IMG/VR virus record: IMGVR_UViG_2660238583_000003
Coordinates: 1,233-65,232 of that record
DNA: 64,000 bases
Reading direction: 5' to 3' (one strand)
Source: a virus
Taxonomy: Duplodnaviria; Caudoviricetes
In this document: positions 49,875-58,967 of the stretch, one piece after another
Position numbering within the stretch: the first letter of the stretch is position 1
How the letters are laid out: each line of letters opens with the position of its first letter
Made by a program: the position numbers and the translations under genes
Notes under the pieces: model-generated
What the model was told of the DNA's origin: nothing
Databases searched by the model: none
The model's input: only the letters and a program-made list of their open reading frames with translations

Positions 49875-50492
49875 TCAGGCATCCTTCGATAGTTCATCCA
49901 TCAGCTTGGAGAGGGTGTCCTCTTCGCTACCACCTTGTTTGACGTCGAGGTCATAGGCCTGCCGCTCCAGTGCGACGAGAGTCTTCAGCGTGTCGGCCAG
50001 CTCCTTCATGGTCTTGGTGCGGGCAGGCAATGCGCTCATCTTCTTGGCCAGGGCGAGGACATCGGCCATCGCTTCGCCGTCATCGTGTTCGCCATCCTTC
50101 AGCTGAGCTATCAGCTCCTTGATGGTGCCCTGCTCGTCCGTCAGTGACTCCAGCTCATCCAGCAGCTTATTGGTCAGCCGGCGACTGCGGGAAATGTCGC
50201 CCCGGTGCGTCATCCGGATGTTGGCAATGACCTCGGCGTTTAGCTCGATGATCTCCCTTTCGGTTTCCGCCTGTTTGCTGGAAACCTCTGTGGAAACCTC
50301 GCGCTTGGAAACCAGCGCATCGGCCTTGGCCTTGATCTTTGCCTTCAGGTCACGATCCCAGCCATCACGCTTGGCGCGCTTGTTGATGGCAGTGTGGGAG
50401 ACTTCGTGGGCGGCTGCGATCTCTCGCACGGAAAGCACGCCGGCCCGGTAGGCTCGTTCGATCGCCTCCCAGTCGGGTTGCTTGGTGCTCAT
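49875..50492 (-). CDS. Terminase small subunit
   Basis: PDWEAIERAYRAG.LS.REIA HTH, upstream of TerL. Confidence 0.8.
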   Translation of the reverse strand: MSTKQPDWEAIERAYRAGVLSVREIAAAHEVSHTAINKRAKRDGWDRDLKAKIKAKADALVSKREVSTEVSSKQAETEREIIELNAEVIANIRMTHRGDISRSRRLTNKLLDELESLTDEQGTIKELIAQLKDGEHDDGEAMADVLALAKKMSALPARTKTMKELADTLKTLVALERQAYDLDVKQGGSEEDTLSKLMDELSKDA

Positions 50493-50501
50493 GGTGAATC
50501 C

Positions 50502-50936
50502 TTATTGGTCGCGGTCGACTCTAACTGTCCGAACCCTGCCGCCAGTGCTGGTATCGCGCCTTGCAGCCATCTCGACGGCCTTCTCGGCAGATGCGCCCAT
50601 GTCCATCGCAGCGAATGCGTATGGCGTGCCGCTACCGATGGCGTACGGACGATCAGGCTTGATTGGCGACTTCCACAGACCGGTATCGTCATCCACCGCC
50701 ACCATCATCAGCTTGCCCGCATCCACGACAATTGCAGATGCGTCGACCTTCCCGGATGACGCAGTGCCGAAGTAGGCCCCGACCAATGCGTCATAGTCAC
50801 AAAGGGCGCCCGACATGAAGAACTTCACGCCGTCGCGCTCAATGCACTTGTCGCAGTCGTCGTCGGTGATGAGGTCGCCTCGGGTGACGCGGGAGTCGTA
50901 GGCGATCACGCCGTCCTTGTAGGCGATGGTGGTCAT
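50502..50936 (-). CDS. HslV / proteasome-beta-like Ntn-hydrolase
   Basis: Starts M-TTIA, with DSR, AIGSG and A..D..TGG motifs. Confidence 0.7.
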   Translation of the reverse strand: MTTIAYKDGVIAYDSRVTRGDLITDDDCDKCIERDGVKFFMSGALCDYDALVGAYFGTASSGKVDASAIVVDAGKLMMVAVDDDTGLWKSPIKPDRPYAIGSGTPYAFAAMDMGASAEKAVEMAARRDTSTGGRVRTVRVDRDQ

Positions 50937-51097
50937 TCAGGATGAACCTCGATCTTGATGCCGCGCCCCACCCAGTAGCTGAAGCGCTCAGGGCATGGCT
51001 CTCGGCCAGTCAGCCGGGCCATGACGAGGACGCCGGCCAGGTAGTACTTGAGCCACCACTTATGGCGGCAAGCGATGCGCACGGTGACCGATGCCAT
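50933..51097 (-). CDS. Small hypothetical protein
   Basis: MASVTVRIACRHKWWLKYYL; coupled to neighbouring genes. Confidence 0.5.
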   Translation of the reverse strand: MASVTVRIACRHKWWLKYYLAGVLVMARLTGREPCPERFSYWVGRGIKIEVHPE

Positions 51098-51107
51098 CTT
51101 CCTGCCC

Positions 51108-51338
51108 TCAGCTGAACGGGTCAGCGGGCTTGGCGATCGAGCGCACAAACCACATGAAGCCCTGCTGCAGGTTGGTCTTGGCCAGGGCCAGGGTGCGCTG
51201 ATCCACGCCTTCGATCTGGCCGATCTGCTTGAACAGCTCGCCAGCATCGGCCTCCAAGGCCTTGATCGAGTTCATGCCGTCGATCTCGCTTTGGGTTAGG
51301 TCGCGGTAGCCGGTGATCTTCTTGTGCTGGTTGTCCAT
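51108..51338 (-). CDS. acb2: Anti-CBASS cyclic-nucleotide sponge Acb2
   Basis: MDNQHKKITGYRDLTQSEIDGMNSIK...R.LA..KT..Q.G.M...R.IA.P matches Pseudomonas phage Acb2 as I recall it; Y11 and K26 present. Confidence 0.9.
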   Translation of the reverse strand: MDNQHKKITGYRDLTQSEIDGMNSIKALEADAGELFKQIGQIEGVDQRTLALAKTNLQQGFMWFVRSIAKPADPFS

Positions 51339-51384
51339 GGATGATTCTCTATGCTGTTTGCAAGGCCTAATGGAGAAGGACGCT

Positions 51385-51588
51385 ATGGAAGGAAAAAAGG
51401 ATCTCGCCAAAAAGCATCTAGAGCTGATCGACCAACTCAAGCGGCTTTCTAGCATGCTGCACGATCACCCAGGCAGCACCGATCCACTGCTGGTCATGCG
51501 GCTTGATTATCGAATACACCAACTAGAACAAGCTGTCGTGCAGGAGAAAGGCTGGCGATCTCCATTTTCGACAGGGGTTAAAAGATAG
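51385..51588 (+). CDS. Small hypothetical moron on the opposite strand
   Basis: AAGGA RBS before MEGKKDLAKKH; divergent from acb2. Confidence 0.45.
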   Translation: MEGKKDLAKKHLELIDQLKRLSSMLHDHPGSTDPLLVMRLDYRIHQLEQAVVQEKGWRSPFSTGVKR

Positions 51589-51611
51589 GCGCCTGATCTG
51601 TCAGTCAGCAT

Positions 51612-51648
51612 CGCGCCACGAAACGGCGCATTTCGATTTTGTGGCGCG
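51612..51648. repeat. Palindromic element copy 2, CGCGCCACGAAA-N13-TTTTGTGGCGCG
   Basis: Read directly. Confidence 0.85.
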
Positions 51649-51649
51649 A

Positions 51650-51967
51650 CTAAGGCGATACGCGATTCAGGGCCTCATCAGCCTTGTCGGCCGCCTTGGT
51701 AGCGGTGGTCGCCGCCTTGGTTGCCTTCTCGGCTGCCGAACTGGTCTTGCGGGTCAGCTCATCCAGGCGATGGTCACGTTGCAGCGTGGCCTCGTCGTAG
51801 GCGGCGCGTATCTCGGCGACCTGCTGGCGGTACGAATCTGCCAGCGCCCACTGACCCAGCTGGAAGCCGAAGAAGACCCCGCCGGTCACCAGCAGCATGG
51901 CGATGAACCACACTTCGACACGGCGCCACCAGTGGCGGGCCATGAACTGGATTGCGCACTTGTCCAT
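51650..51967 (-). CDS. Lysis-module membrane protein
   Basis: Single TM plus coiled coil; coupled to the upstream gene. Confidence 0.6.
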   Translation of the reverse strand: MDKCAIQFMARHWWRRVEVWFIAMLLVTGGVFFGFQLGQWALADSYRQQVAEIRAAYDEATLQRDHRLDELTRKTSSAAEKATKAATTATKAADKADEALNRVSP

Positions 51968-52338
51968 CAGGTAGTACCTCCCAGCTTGATGCGCAGACGG
52001 GCGATCTCGTCGCTTTGTAGCGTCACCCGCTCTGTGAGGTTGGCGACCTGACTGGTCAGGGCTTCGATCTTCCCTTCCATGCGGCCGACGGTTGCGGCCA
52101 GGTCATTGCGCTCTTTGGCGAACTGGTCGGCGCGGGACTCGGCAAGCTTGCGGGCCTCACGCTCGGAGTCGAGGAGTTCATTCAGCCGGCGCACAGTGCC
52201 GATGTCGGCGTTATCCATGGCGCGATCAGCAGCGTCCTTGGATAGGAACTTGCGCAGCCAGAGGAAGCCGCCCAGCAATACAGTGCCCGTTCCGCCCAGC
52301 CAGGTAGCTGTGCCTGGGCCGAGGTCGGTTGGGTCCAT
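51967..52338 (-). CDS. Putative holin-like protein (first late gene)
   Basis: MDPTDLGPGTATWLGG TM plus coiled coil; directly after the late promoter/terminator. Confidence 0.6.
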   Translation of the reverse strand: MDPTDLGPGTATWLGGTGTVLLGGFLWLRKFLSKDAADRAMDNADIGTVRRLNELLDSEREARKLAESRADQFAKERNDLAATVGRMEGKIEALTSQVANLTERVTLQSDEIARLRIKLGGTT

Positions 52339-52386
52339 ATTTGCTCCGCCCCGTCCGGGACTCTTGAGGCCCTCTTTGCGGGCAAT

Positions 52387-52418
52387 AAAAAACCCGGCAC
52401 TTAGGCCGGGCTTCTTTT
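52387..52418 (-). terminator. tR'-like late terminator
   Basis: Minus strand GCCCGGCC-TAAGT-GCCGGGT hairpin followed by a T run. Confidence 0.75.
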
Positions 52419-52456
52419 GGTCACTCCTAAACGCGCAGGAATGACAGGATGGGCGC

Positions 52457-52486
52457 ATATTGGCTCATTGGCTCACTCGCCGTCAA
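52457..52486 (-). promoter_or_regulatory. pR'-like late promoter with a tandem repeat between -35 and -10
   Basis: TTGACG-N18-CAATAT on the minus strand with TGAGCCAA x2 in the spacer. Confidence 0.55.
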
Positions 52487-53028
52487 GCGACATTTGCCAC
52501 CAAAAGGCCTTCATGGTCGAGAATGTGCTGGGCCTCGACCAAAGCGGCGTCTACCTCGCGCTCCAGAGCCTTGCGGATATCCCGCCTCCAGCGCTCTTGG
52601 GTTTTGATTGGGTGTGGCTCGTTGCTCCAGTTGTCCATCTCGTACCAGGCGGCTGGCAGGACGCTGGTACTGCGCTTACCGTCCACACCTGGCAGCTTGG
52701 GCATGGCCCAGGTCAGGATCGCGCAGTGGCGGAAACGCTCTGGCGCCGGCGAGCGATGAGAACGAGTGATTTCCTCGATCGCTGCATGCTTCCTGTCGAC
52801 GTGCGTCGAGTACTTCGCCACCAGGTGCCGCCAGTGCTCCGATGCGAGGTTTTTATGGAGCCGGCTGAACACCATGCAGTCGAAGAGGAATGCAGCCTCC
52901 TTGCCCACGATGGCGCCCTTCTGCTTGGCTGCTTGAACCTTCGGCTCGAAGTCACACCCGCCCGCGCTGTTGATTGTCTCAGCCGCCAGGGCGCGAACCA
53001 CTGCCGATACCACGTTCTGATAGTTCAC
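52483..53028 (-). CDS. Putative Q/AlpA-like late antiterminator
   Basis: Last nin-region gene before the late promoter; C-terminal T..RW...I...L....AL....IL...GL. Confidence 0.6.
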   Translation of the reverse strand: MNYQNVVSAVVRALAAETINSAGGCDFEPKVQAAKQKGAIVGKEAAFLFDCMVFSRLHKNLASEHWRHLVAKYSTHVDRKHAAIEEITRSHRSPAPERFRHCAILTWAMPKLPGVDGKRSTSVLPAAWYEMDNWSNEPHPIKTQERWRRDIRKALEREVDAALVEAQHILDHEGLLVANVA

Positions 53029-53171
53029 TGCCCACCCCCTGCCCGCTTGGCCTTTCTCAAGATGAATTCTTCGTAACTGCGCTTTCGGCGGACCGCGCCG
53101 GCCCAGGACAGCGATGCGCCGCCAACCACCATGAGGGTGGCCAGAATCAGGAATCCCCATGCAGGTGTCAT
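53025..53171 (-). CDS. Small membrane protein (48 aa)
   Basis: MTPAWGFLILATLMVVGG...; overlaps both neighbours by 4 nt. Confidence 0.45.
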   Translation of the reverse strand: MTPAWGFLILATLMVVGGASLSWAGAVRRKRSYEEFILRKAKRAGGGQ

Positions 53172-53764
53172 GCTGCAGCCCTCCTTAGGTCTTTGAGCTT
53201 CTGCCTGTACAGGGCCTTGATGGCCTGCAGGTCTTCGATGGTGTAGCGGCGAGCTGATTGGTCCCTTTCCAGGGTCTCTACAGCTTCCAGGCCGATGCGC
53301 TCGATGAGGCCGATCCGGTAGTCCGCGACATTCCCGGACAGGTATCGGTTGTCGTGCTTCGACTGGGCGTGGCAGTTGTTCTCGTCAAAGCGCAGGTGTG
53401 GCGCGGCACCTGTGCTGCGATAGTGGCCAGCGTCGACCGCGTTGCCGTTCCAGTCGAGCGGTCGCCCGCTGGAGATGCAGCGATACCCCGCCAAACGGTC
53501 CCGCTCGCGGATGTAAGCGTTGAACGCCTGTTGAGCCTCCCGTAGGTGGTCACCCTTCGTCTTCAGCTTCTCCCGGCGCTCCTGCAGGTCCTGGCGGGCC
53601 TGCTTGGTGAGGGCCTTGGCCGCGACCTTCTGCAGCTTCGGATCTTTGGCCATGGCCTTGGCGCAGGCAATGCTGCACACCTTCTGCGTGGTCATGGTCG
53701 GCTTGAAGGGCTTCCCGCAACCTGGTGCCTTGCACTTCTTGGGCTTGATCTCGGCTACGCGCAT
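53168..53764 (-). CDS. ninG: NinG/Rap recombination nuclease
   Basis: KCK..C, CS..CA, FN.YIRERD, CISSG, DAGHYRS.GA...LRF.E.NCHAQ. Confidence 0.9.
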   Translation of the reverse strand: MRVAEIKPKKCKAPGCGKPFKPTMTTQKVCSIACAKAMAKDPKLQKVAAKALTKQARQDLQERREKLKTKGDHLREAQQAFNAYIRERDRLAGYRCISSGRPLDWNGNAVDAGHYRSTGAAPHLRFDENNCHAQSKHDNRYLSGNVADYRIGLIERIGLEAVETLERDQSARRYTIEDLQAIKALYRQKLKDLRRAAA

Positions 53765-54054
53765 GGCTCGGCCTCCGATGCGTAGATGATTCCTGCCGCC
53801 ACTGCCTTAGCGACCAATTCCGTACGGTTGGAGGCTCCCAGGTGCAGGCGGGCATCCGCCATCCTGCTGGTGACCGTTCCCGGCGAAATGCCGAGTTCGC
53901 GAGCGATCTGCTTTCCGCTCTTTCCTGTTGCGGCGAGAACCACGCACTGCACCCCGCGCCGCGTCAGGCCATGGCCATACAGCCCTCGCCAGCCGGGAGC
54001 TGCGAAAATGCCTTGGTCTTTGTTCCGCTTGAGATTTGCTTCCTGGCTCTTCAT
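53755..54054 (-). CDS. Stand-alone LuxR-type HTH protein
   Basis: LT.R.VQ.V.LAA.GKS.KQIARELGISPGTV...L..SNR.ELV. Confidence 0.75.
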   Translation of the reverse strand: MKSQEANLKRNKDQGIFAAPGWRGLYGHGLTRRGVQCVVLAATGKSGKQIARELGISPGTVTSRMADARLHLGASNRTELVAKAVAAGIIYASEAEPCA

Positions 54055-54521
54055 GCCGCCTCCTCGCTCAGCAGGTCGCTGAACACCACGCCCTGCGGCG
54101 CGAACTCGGCAACGATGCGGTCGGTGTACTCGCAGCCCTGGGCCCGGTCGAAAAGCCGGGTGACCGGGAATCCGTCCGGCCCGAACATCGCACACGGCCC
54201 CATGAGGCGCAGCTTCACCTCATACGGCAGGTGGATGAACGACTCGGCCCAGCCGGTGCGGAACTCCTCGCAGCCGGCGCGCATGATCGGCACGCCGAAG
54301 TGCAGCTTGCAGTAGCGACGCACATCCTCGATGTCGCCCATCTCGGTACTTTTGGCGATGCGGTCGTACATGGCGAACCACAGGGCGTTTTGGTCCAGGG
54401 TGCGGTCCTTGCCCGGGCGCATGCTGACCACAACGAACTTCTTGTCCCTGAACATGCGGGTGAGCATGGTCACAGCCTCGGAGAGCTTGGCCTGGCTGTT
54501 GACGCTGATCTTCTCGGTCAT
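54051..54521 (-). CDS. ninB: NinB-like protein
   Basis: RTLDQNALWFA motif; nin-region position. Confidence 0.7.
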   Translation of the reverse strand: MTEKISVNSQAKLSEAVTMLTRMFRDKKFVVVSMRPGKDRTLDQNALWFAMYDRIAKSTEMGDIEDVRRYCKLHFGVPIMRAGCEEFRTGWAESFIHLPYEVKLRLMGPCAMFGPDGFPVTRLFDRAQGCEYTDRIVAEFAPQGVVFSDLLSEEAA

Positions 54522-55075
54522 GGTCTGATCTCCCCGTGTCGCAAGGTATACCCGCTCCTCAGCTCGTAGCCTTTGCGCGCGCAGGCGGCTTCGAAGATGG
54601 TTGGGAAGCGACCCAGGTACTCCTTTGGCGACCCTCCACCGTAGACAATCCAGCCACTGCCATTCCTGGACACGCCTGGCACGCCGCTTGTGTTGTGGCG
54701 TGCTAAACGGCGGTTGCGGCCATTGACTGATCTTGTTGCAGCTCGAAGATTGGAAATCCTGTTGTTCAGTGTATTCCCGTCGAAGTGATCAACCATCTCT
54801 GGCCAGTCGCCGTGGTAGAGCGCATATGCAAGACGGTGCGCTTCGATGGTCTTTGAGCCAAACGGCCCAGAAATGCACACCTTGCGATACTCGGCGCCCG
54901 CAGATTTTTTGAAAGAGACTGATCCAGCCTCCTTCCCTGAAAACTGCGAATTGAAAACAGATGCTGATCTCCGCGAGCCGAAATGACCGAGAGGGCGAGA
55001 CCTCCAGATCAACTGGCCACTAACTGGGTTGTAATCGAGGCACTCAACCAGGTATTCGATAGGGATCATTTGCAT
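54518..55075 (-). CDS. HNH endonuclease with AP2-like C-terminus
   Basis: AHRLAY, VDHFDGNTLNNRISNLR, NTSGVPGV, YLGRF. Confidence 0.85.
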   Translation of the reverse strand: MQMIPIEYLVECLDYNPVSGQLIWRSRPLGHFGSRRSASVFNSQFSGKEAGSVSFKKSAGAEYRKVCISGPFGSKTIEAHRLAYALYHGDWPEMVDHFDGNTLNNRISNLRAATRSVNGRNRRLARHNTSGVPGVSRNGSGWIVYGGGSPKEYLGRFPTIFEAACARKGYELRSGYTLRHGEIRP

Positions 55076-55386
55076 TTCACTCCCTGGGCCTCTATCGCCT
55101 TGCGCACGTCTCGGATATAGGCCGCCTCGTTGAAGCTGCCACCCTCAACATCGTCGAACTCTTCGCGGTAGGCCTCACTTGAACGGCTCGGCATGTGAAC
55201 CACCACGGCATCGCGGGATGCCTGCCAGGCTTGCCACATGCCTTCAACAATTCGGTTGCCGTAAGCATCGCCATTCCAGCTAGCTAGGGTCCGATCTTCT
55301 GGATCACGGGCATCGTCATGCAGGTGCCAGCTGTATCGATCCTTGGCCCACTGCTCGAACTGCTCGCGCATCTTGTTGGCGTCCAT
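55066..55386 (-). CDS. Hypothetical phage protein
   Basis: MDANKMREQFEQWA...WQAWQASR motif common in nin regions. Confidence 0.65.
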   Translation of the reverse strand: MDANKMREQFEQWAKDRYSWHLHDDARDPEDRTLASWNGDAYGNRIVEGMWQAWQASRDAVVVHMPSRSSEAYREEFDDVEGGSFNEAAYIRDVRKAIEAQGVKCK

Positions 55387-55655
55387 CAGTGCTTCTCCTT
55401 GGCCATGGCAGCGTCGATCGCTTCGTCCACAGGCAGGCCGTATGTGTTGAACACAGCATCCAGTTCTGCCGCTGGCCGGCTTTCTACCCTCAGCCACCGA
55501 TACCGCTCCGCGTCCTTGCGCAGCGCCTCGTTCTCGGCTTTGAGCTGGTCGTAGGACTCGGCCATCACGACCTCGGGGCCGTGCGGGTCGTAGCTGATGC
55601 GATTGCCTCCCTCGGAAAGCATTTTGACGACCTTGTAGCGATGAACTTCGGTCAT
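55386..55655 (-). CDS. Hypothetical phage protein
   Basis: LRKDAERYRWLR...AIDAAM motif. Confidence 0.65.
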   Translation of the reverse strand: MTEVHRYKVVKMLSEGGNRISYDPHGPEVVMAESYDQLKAENEALRKDAERYRWLRVESRPAAELDAVFNTYGLPVDEAIDAAMAKEKH

Positions 55656-55695
55656 GGCGCCACCCTCATGTCGTCGCGTATTTTGTTTGTATCCA

Positions 55696-55932
55696 TCACT
55701 TGACCTCCCGCCCAGGCCGTCCGATCTGTCGCGGACTCCCGAGGTAAAGCGAGTTGCGCCAATACGGCATACTGCTGCGGCCCGGTGCGTAGAACTCAAA
55801 GGTCTTTCCGCCTCTCTCCCATACGCAATGCCAGCGACGCGCCCTATTACGGATGAAGCGGATGCGCGTGCTTCGCGGCCTGAGAGCCCAAGCTATTACC
55901 GCCACCAAGATGCAATTACCTGGAATACTCAC
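55696..55932 (-). CDS. Hypothetical protein
   Basis: GGAGG RBS and GTG start; short ORF. Confidence 0.35.
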   Translation of the reverse strand: MSIPGNCILVAVIAWALRPRSTRIRFIRNRARRWHCVWERGGKTFEFYAPGRSSMPYWRNSLYLGSPRQIGRPGREVK

Positions 55933-55987
55933 ACCCCCTCCCCGGCCGGCTGCCCGGCGCGCTTGATGTTCAACTTGGCGAACTGAC

Positions 55988-56641
55988 TCATGCGGCACCT
56001 CGCTGTGCAACGCGGAATTGCTGACGGTCGAGAAACGCTTTGATGGCGGACTCGCATGGGCTTGGCGCTGGCAGTCGGGCCATACGCTCGGCATTCACCG
56101 GGGCGTGACCTTCGCGCAGGATCTTTTCCATCTCGGATCGGTCGGCGCGGGACAGGAAGAACTCTTCCAGCATGTCGCCAATCGGCCGCACCCAGTCGTA
56201 GCCGTCAGGCCGCGCAGCACGGATGATCGCGAGCCACATGCCCGGGCAAAGGAAGTCGCGAATGACCTGATGCAGGTAGTTCGGGGACAGATTCCCAGTC
56301 CAGCCACTTGCGCCTCGCACCAGAAAACCGCAACTGCAGATTCCACGGTCGTCAGCCTGGGGAAGGCCCACCAGGAAAAACACCTCGCGCCCGGTGCGCT
56401 CCATCACGGCTTCAGCCTTCATGATTTCTTCGGCGGTCGGGGTCTTGCCTTTGACCTCCAGATACACGCCGACATTCGGCAGCCAGAAATCCGGCAGGTA
56501 GAAGCCCTCATCCACGCGAACCAAATCAGGCTCGTACAGGTAGAAGATCCCGGCGGCCTCCATCACCTTGACCCACATGAGCTCGGTGTAGGAGCGAAGG
56601 CGGTAGCCCTCGTGGTGGTAGATCGTTCTGCGCTCTCTCAT
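55988..56641 (-). CDS. PD-(D/E)XK-type nuclease-like protein
   Basis: RS..E..W, YEP and YLPDFWLP...YLEVKG. Confidence 0.7.
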   Translation of the reverse strand: MRERRTIYHHEGYRLRSYTELMWVKVMEAAGIFYLYEPDLVRVDEGFYLPDFWLPNVGVYLEVKGKTPTAEEIMKAEAVMERTGREVFFLVGLPQADDRGICSCGFLVRGASGWTGNLSPNYLHQVIRDFLCPGMWLAIIRAARPDGYDWVRPIGDMLEEFFLSRADRSEMEKILREGHAPVNAERMARLPAPSPCESAIKAFLDRQQFRVAQRGAA

Positions 56642-57981
56642 CAGAAGTTCACCTTCACGACATTTTCCTGCTTGGCGCGACTGGCCAGAGGCATGAATCG
56701 GGACCGGTCACCCTGGAATGCAGTGGCCACAGTGCCGATCTCCCCGTCGCGGTTCTTGCGGATCAGGATTTCCCCGATGCCCTTGTCCTGGGTGTTCGGG
56801 TAGTACACCTCATCGCGATACACGAACATCACGATGTCGGCGTCCTGCTCGATGGCCCCGGATTCGCGCAGATCGCTGAGCACAGGGCGCTTATCTGGGC
56901 GCGCCTCGCAGCCCCGGTTGAGCTGGGACAGCACGATCACGGGGCAGCCAAGCTCGCGGGCCAGCAGCTTGATCTGGCGCGACATGGCGGTGACATCCTC
57001 GGTACGCCCCTTGCCCTCGCCTTCCATCAGGCCCAGGTAGTCGATCACCACCAGGCCTAGGCCGCCCATACGGTTCGCGTAGCGGCGCGCGATGGAGCGG
57101 ATGCGAGGCATCGTCATCACAGGAACGTCGGAGACGCAGATCGGCGCATCACGCAGCTTGAGCGTGGCGGCCGCCAGCTCTACCCGGTAGTCAGCGGCAC
57201 ATACGCCTGTCTTGAGCGATGGCAGCGGGATACCGCCGACGGCAGCGATCAGGCGATCCATGAGCTGGGTCTTGGTCATCTCCAGGCTCACCACCAGCAC
57301 CGGTTTTTGCTGGGTGATGGCCACGTCTGCGGCGACGTTCATGGCGAGCGTTGTTTTGCCCATGGCAGGGCGACCAGCAACCACGATCATCTGGCCCGGC
57401 TTAAGGCCCTGTGTGAATTTATCGAGGTCAGGAATACCTGACCCTAGGCCTTCCATCGAAACGCCGTTCTCGTAGCGATCCAGGCGCTCCTGAAGCACCT
57501 CCACATGCTCGGCCATGATGTCGCCGATCATTTGGCACTCGCCGTCGCTTCCCGATGCGTCCAGGCCTAGCACGATCGACTGGGCCAGCGAGATCTTGTC
57601 CTCGATGTCGGCCTGCTCGTGCGCAACCTCGTTGATGCGCTCGGCGGCGGCTGCGAGCTGACGGCAAATTGCCCGGTCACGGATGATCTGGGCGTAGGCC
57701 TTGGCGTTCGCCACGCTCGGCGTATTCGCCTGGATCTCGCCGGCATAGGCCAGCGTCCGGGTACCACTTGGTAGCTCGGCGCGGCGGTCACTCAGGGTGA
57801 TTACGTCGACCGGCTTACCGTCGGCATGCAGCTCAAGGATCAACCGGTACAGGTCGGCGTTGTCATCCCAGGCGAATGCTTCGGGCGCGAGGGCGTCGGA
57901 CAGAACATCGATCAGGTGCGGCTGGCGAAGCATGGCGCCAATTACGCCGTGCTCGGCCTCAAGGCTGTGAAGTTCGATCAT
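56641..57981 (-). CDS. dnaB: Replicative DNA helicase (phage DnaB)
   Basis: GRPAMGKT, VIDYLGL, LSQLNR, SDLRESGAIEQDAD, KNRDG. Confidence 0.95.
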   Translation of the reverse strand: MIELHSLEAEHGVIGAMLRQPHLIDVLSDALAPEAFAWDDNADLYRLILELHADGKPVDVITLSDRRAELPSGTRTLAYAGEIQANTPSVANAKAYAQIIRDRAICRQLAAAAERINEVAHEQADIEDKISLAQSIVLGLDASGSDGECQMIGDIMAEHVEVLQERLDRYENGVSMEGLGSGIPDLDKFTQGLKPGQMIVVAGRPAMGKTTLAMNVAADVAITQQKPVLVVSLEMTKTQLMDRLIAAVGGIPLPSLKTGVCAADYRVELAAATLKLRDAPICVSDVPVMTMPRIRSIARRYANRMGGLGLVVIDYLGLMEGEGKGRTEDVTAMSRQIKLLARELGCPVIVLSQLNRGCEARPDKRPVLSDLRESGAIEQDADIVMFVYRDEVYYPNTQDKGIGEILIRKNRDGEIGTVATAFQGDRSRFMPLASRAKQENVVKVNF

Positions 57982-58967
57982 TGAGCAGCCTCCGAGATCT
58001 CACGGAAGAGTGCCCGGCTGACCAGGGCCTCCAGCCGAGGCTGGACGTTCTGGCCACGGAAGAAAACCTGGTTGCGGTTGTTGGCCTTCTGAAAGAACCC
58101 GAGCCAGAAGCCCTGCCCGCTCTGGTGATCAGGCGACTCGTTCCATCGCTCGGCGATCATGCTGCGCAGAACCTTGTCGCTCTTCACGGTCACGGCTGGC
58201 AGGTTCGGGCAGACCTTGTGGTACAGGTCGATGATCTTGTCCACCGGAACACCGGCCTCGCTGGCACCGTTCGGGCTTCGCTTGAACGCACGGCCCAGCC
58301 AGTTGACCAGGAAGCGGCGCCAGTCCTTCTTCGGCTTGCTGCCGCTGGCCCAGGCTGCCGCACGCTTGATCTCCGCTTCCACGTCGATCGGTGCATAGGC
58401 CTCTGCCCACTTGGTAATCAGGGTGGCGTCCACTTCGAAATCTTCGCCAGTGAACACAACCAGCTTGGCTTCCGATGGAGCGGGTTCCGCCCCCTGGGGG
58501 GCAGTAATCTGTTCCGTAGGAACAGTTACTAGGGGTTTTTCTTTCGTATAAAGAAGGGAGTCGTCGGAAATTGGTAGTTTCGTTACGTTGTCGGAATTAC
58601 CAATTTTGGTAGTTTCGACTGATTTTGGTTGAGTCGATTGCTCTTTTTTCGGCTCTTGGTACACCCACTCAGAAGGCGAGCAGATGCCGATTTCGCCACG
58701 GCTACCACCAACCCGGTACAGCACTCGACGGGCCAGCAGGCTGCTGATCGCACGCGAAACGTGCGCAGGCAGGATGTTGGTCATCTTGGCCACTTCGTCG
58801 GCAGTAATGCGGCGCTCCGTCAGGTTGTAGCCGATCACCAGGCGAGCAATCGCATGCAGTGTCTTGAACTCAGCTGGCGACAGGTGAACCGCTGCCAGAG
58901 CGTCCATCAGCTGGTTGTCCATCCGGGTAAAGCCCCCGGCTGATTTGAAGGTGATGACGTTACTCAT
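57978..58967 (-). CDS. Replication initiator (lambda O-like)
   Basis: GFTRMDNQLMDAL N-terminus; upstream of the helicase; internal repeats. Confidence 0.85.
   Translation of the reverse strand: MSNVITFKSAGGFTRMDNQLMDALAAVHLSPAEFKTLHAIARLVIGYNLTERRITADEVAKMTNILPAHVSRAISSLLARRVLYRVGGSRGEIGICSPSEWVYQEPKKEQSTQPKSVETTKIGNSDNVTKLPISDDSLLYTKEKPLVTVPTEQITAPQGAEPAPSEAKLVVFTGEDFEVDATLITKWAEAYAPIDVEAEIKRAAAWASGSKPKKDWRRFLVNWLGRAFKRSPNGASEAGVPVDKIIDLYHKVCPNLPAVTVKSDKVLRSMIAERWNESPDHQSGQGFWLGFFQKANNRNQVFFRGQNVQPRLEALVSRALFREISEAAQ
58530..58650. other. Probable phage replication origin (iterons within the O gene)
   Basis: TTGGTAGTTTCG at 58571-58582 and 58606-58617, GTCGGAA x2, adjacent AT-rich tracts. 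Confidence 0.6.
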
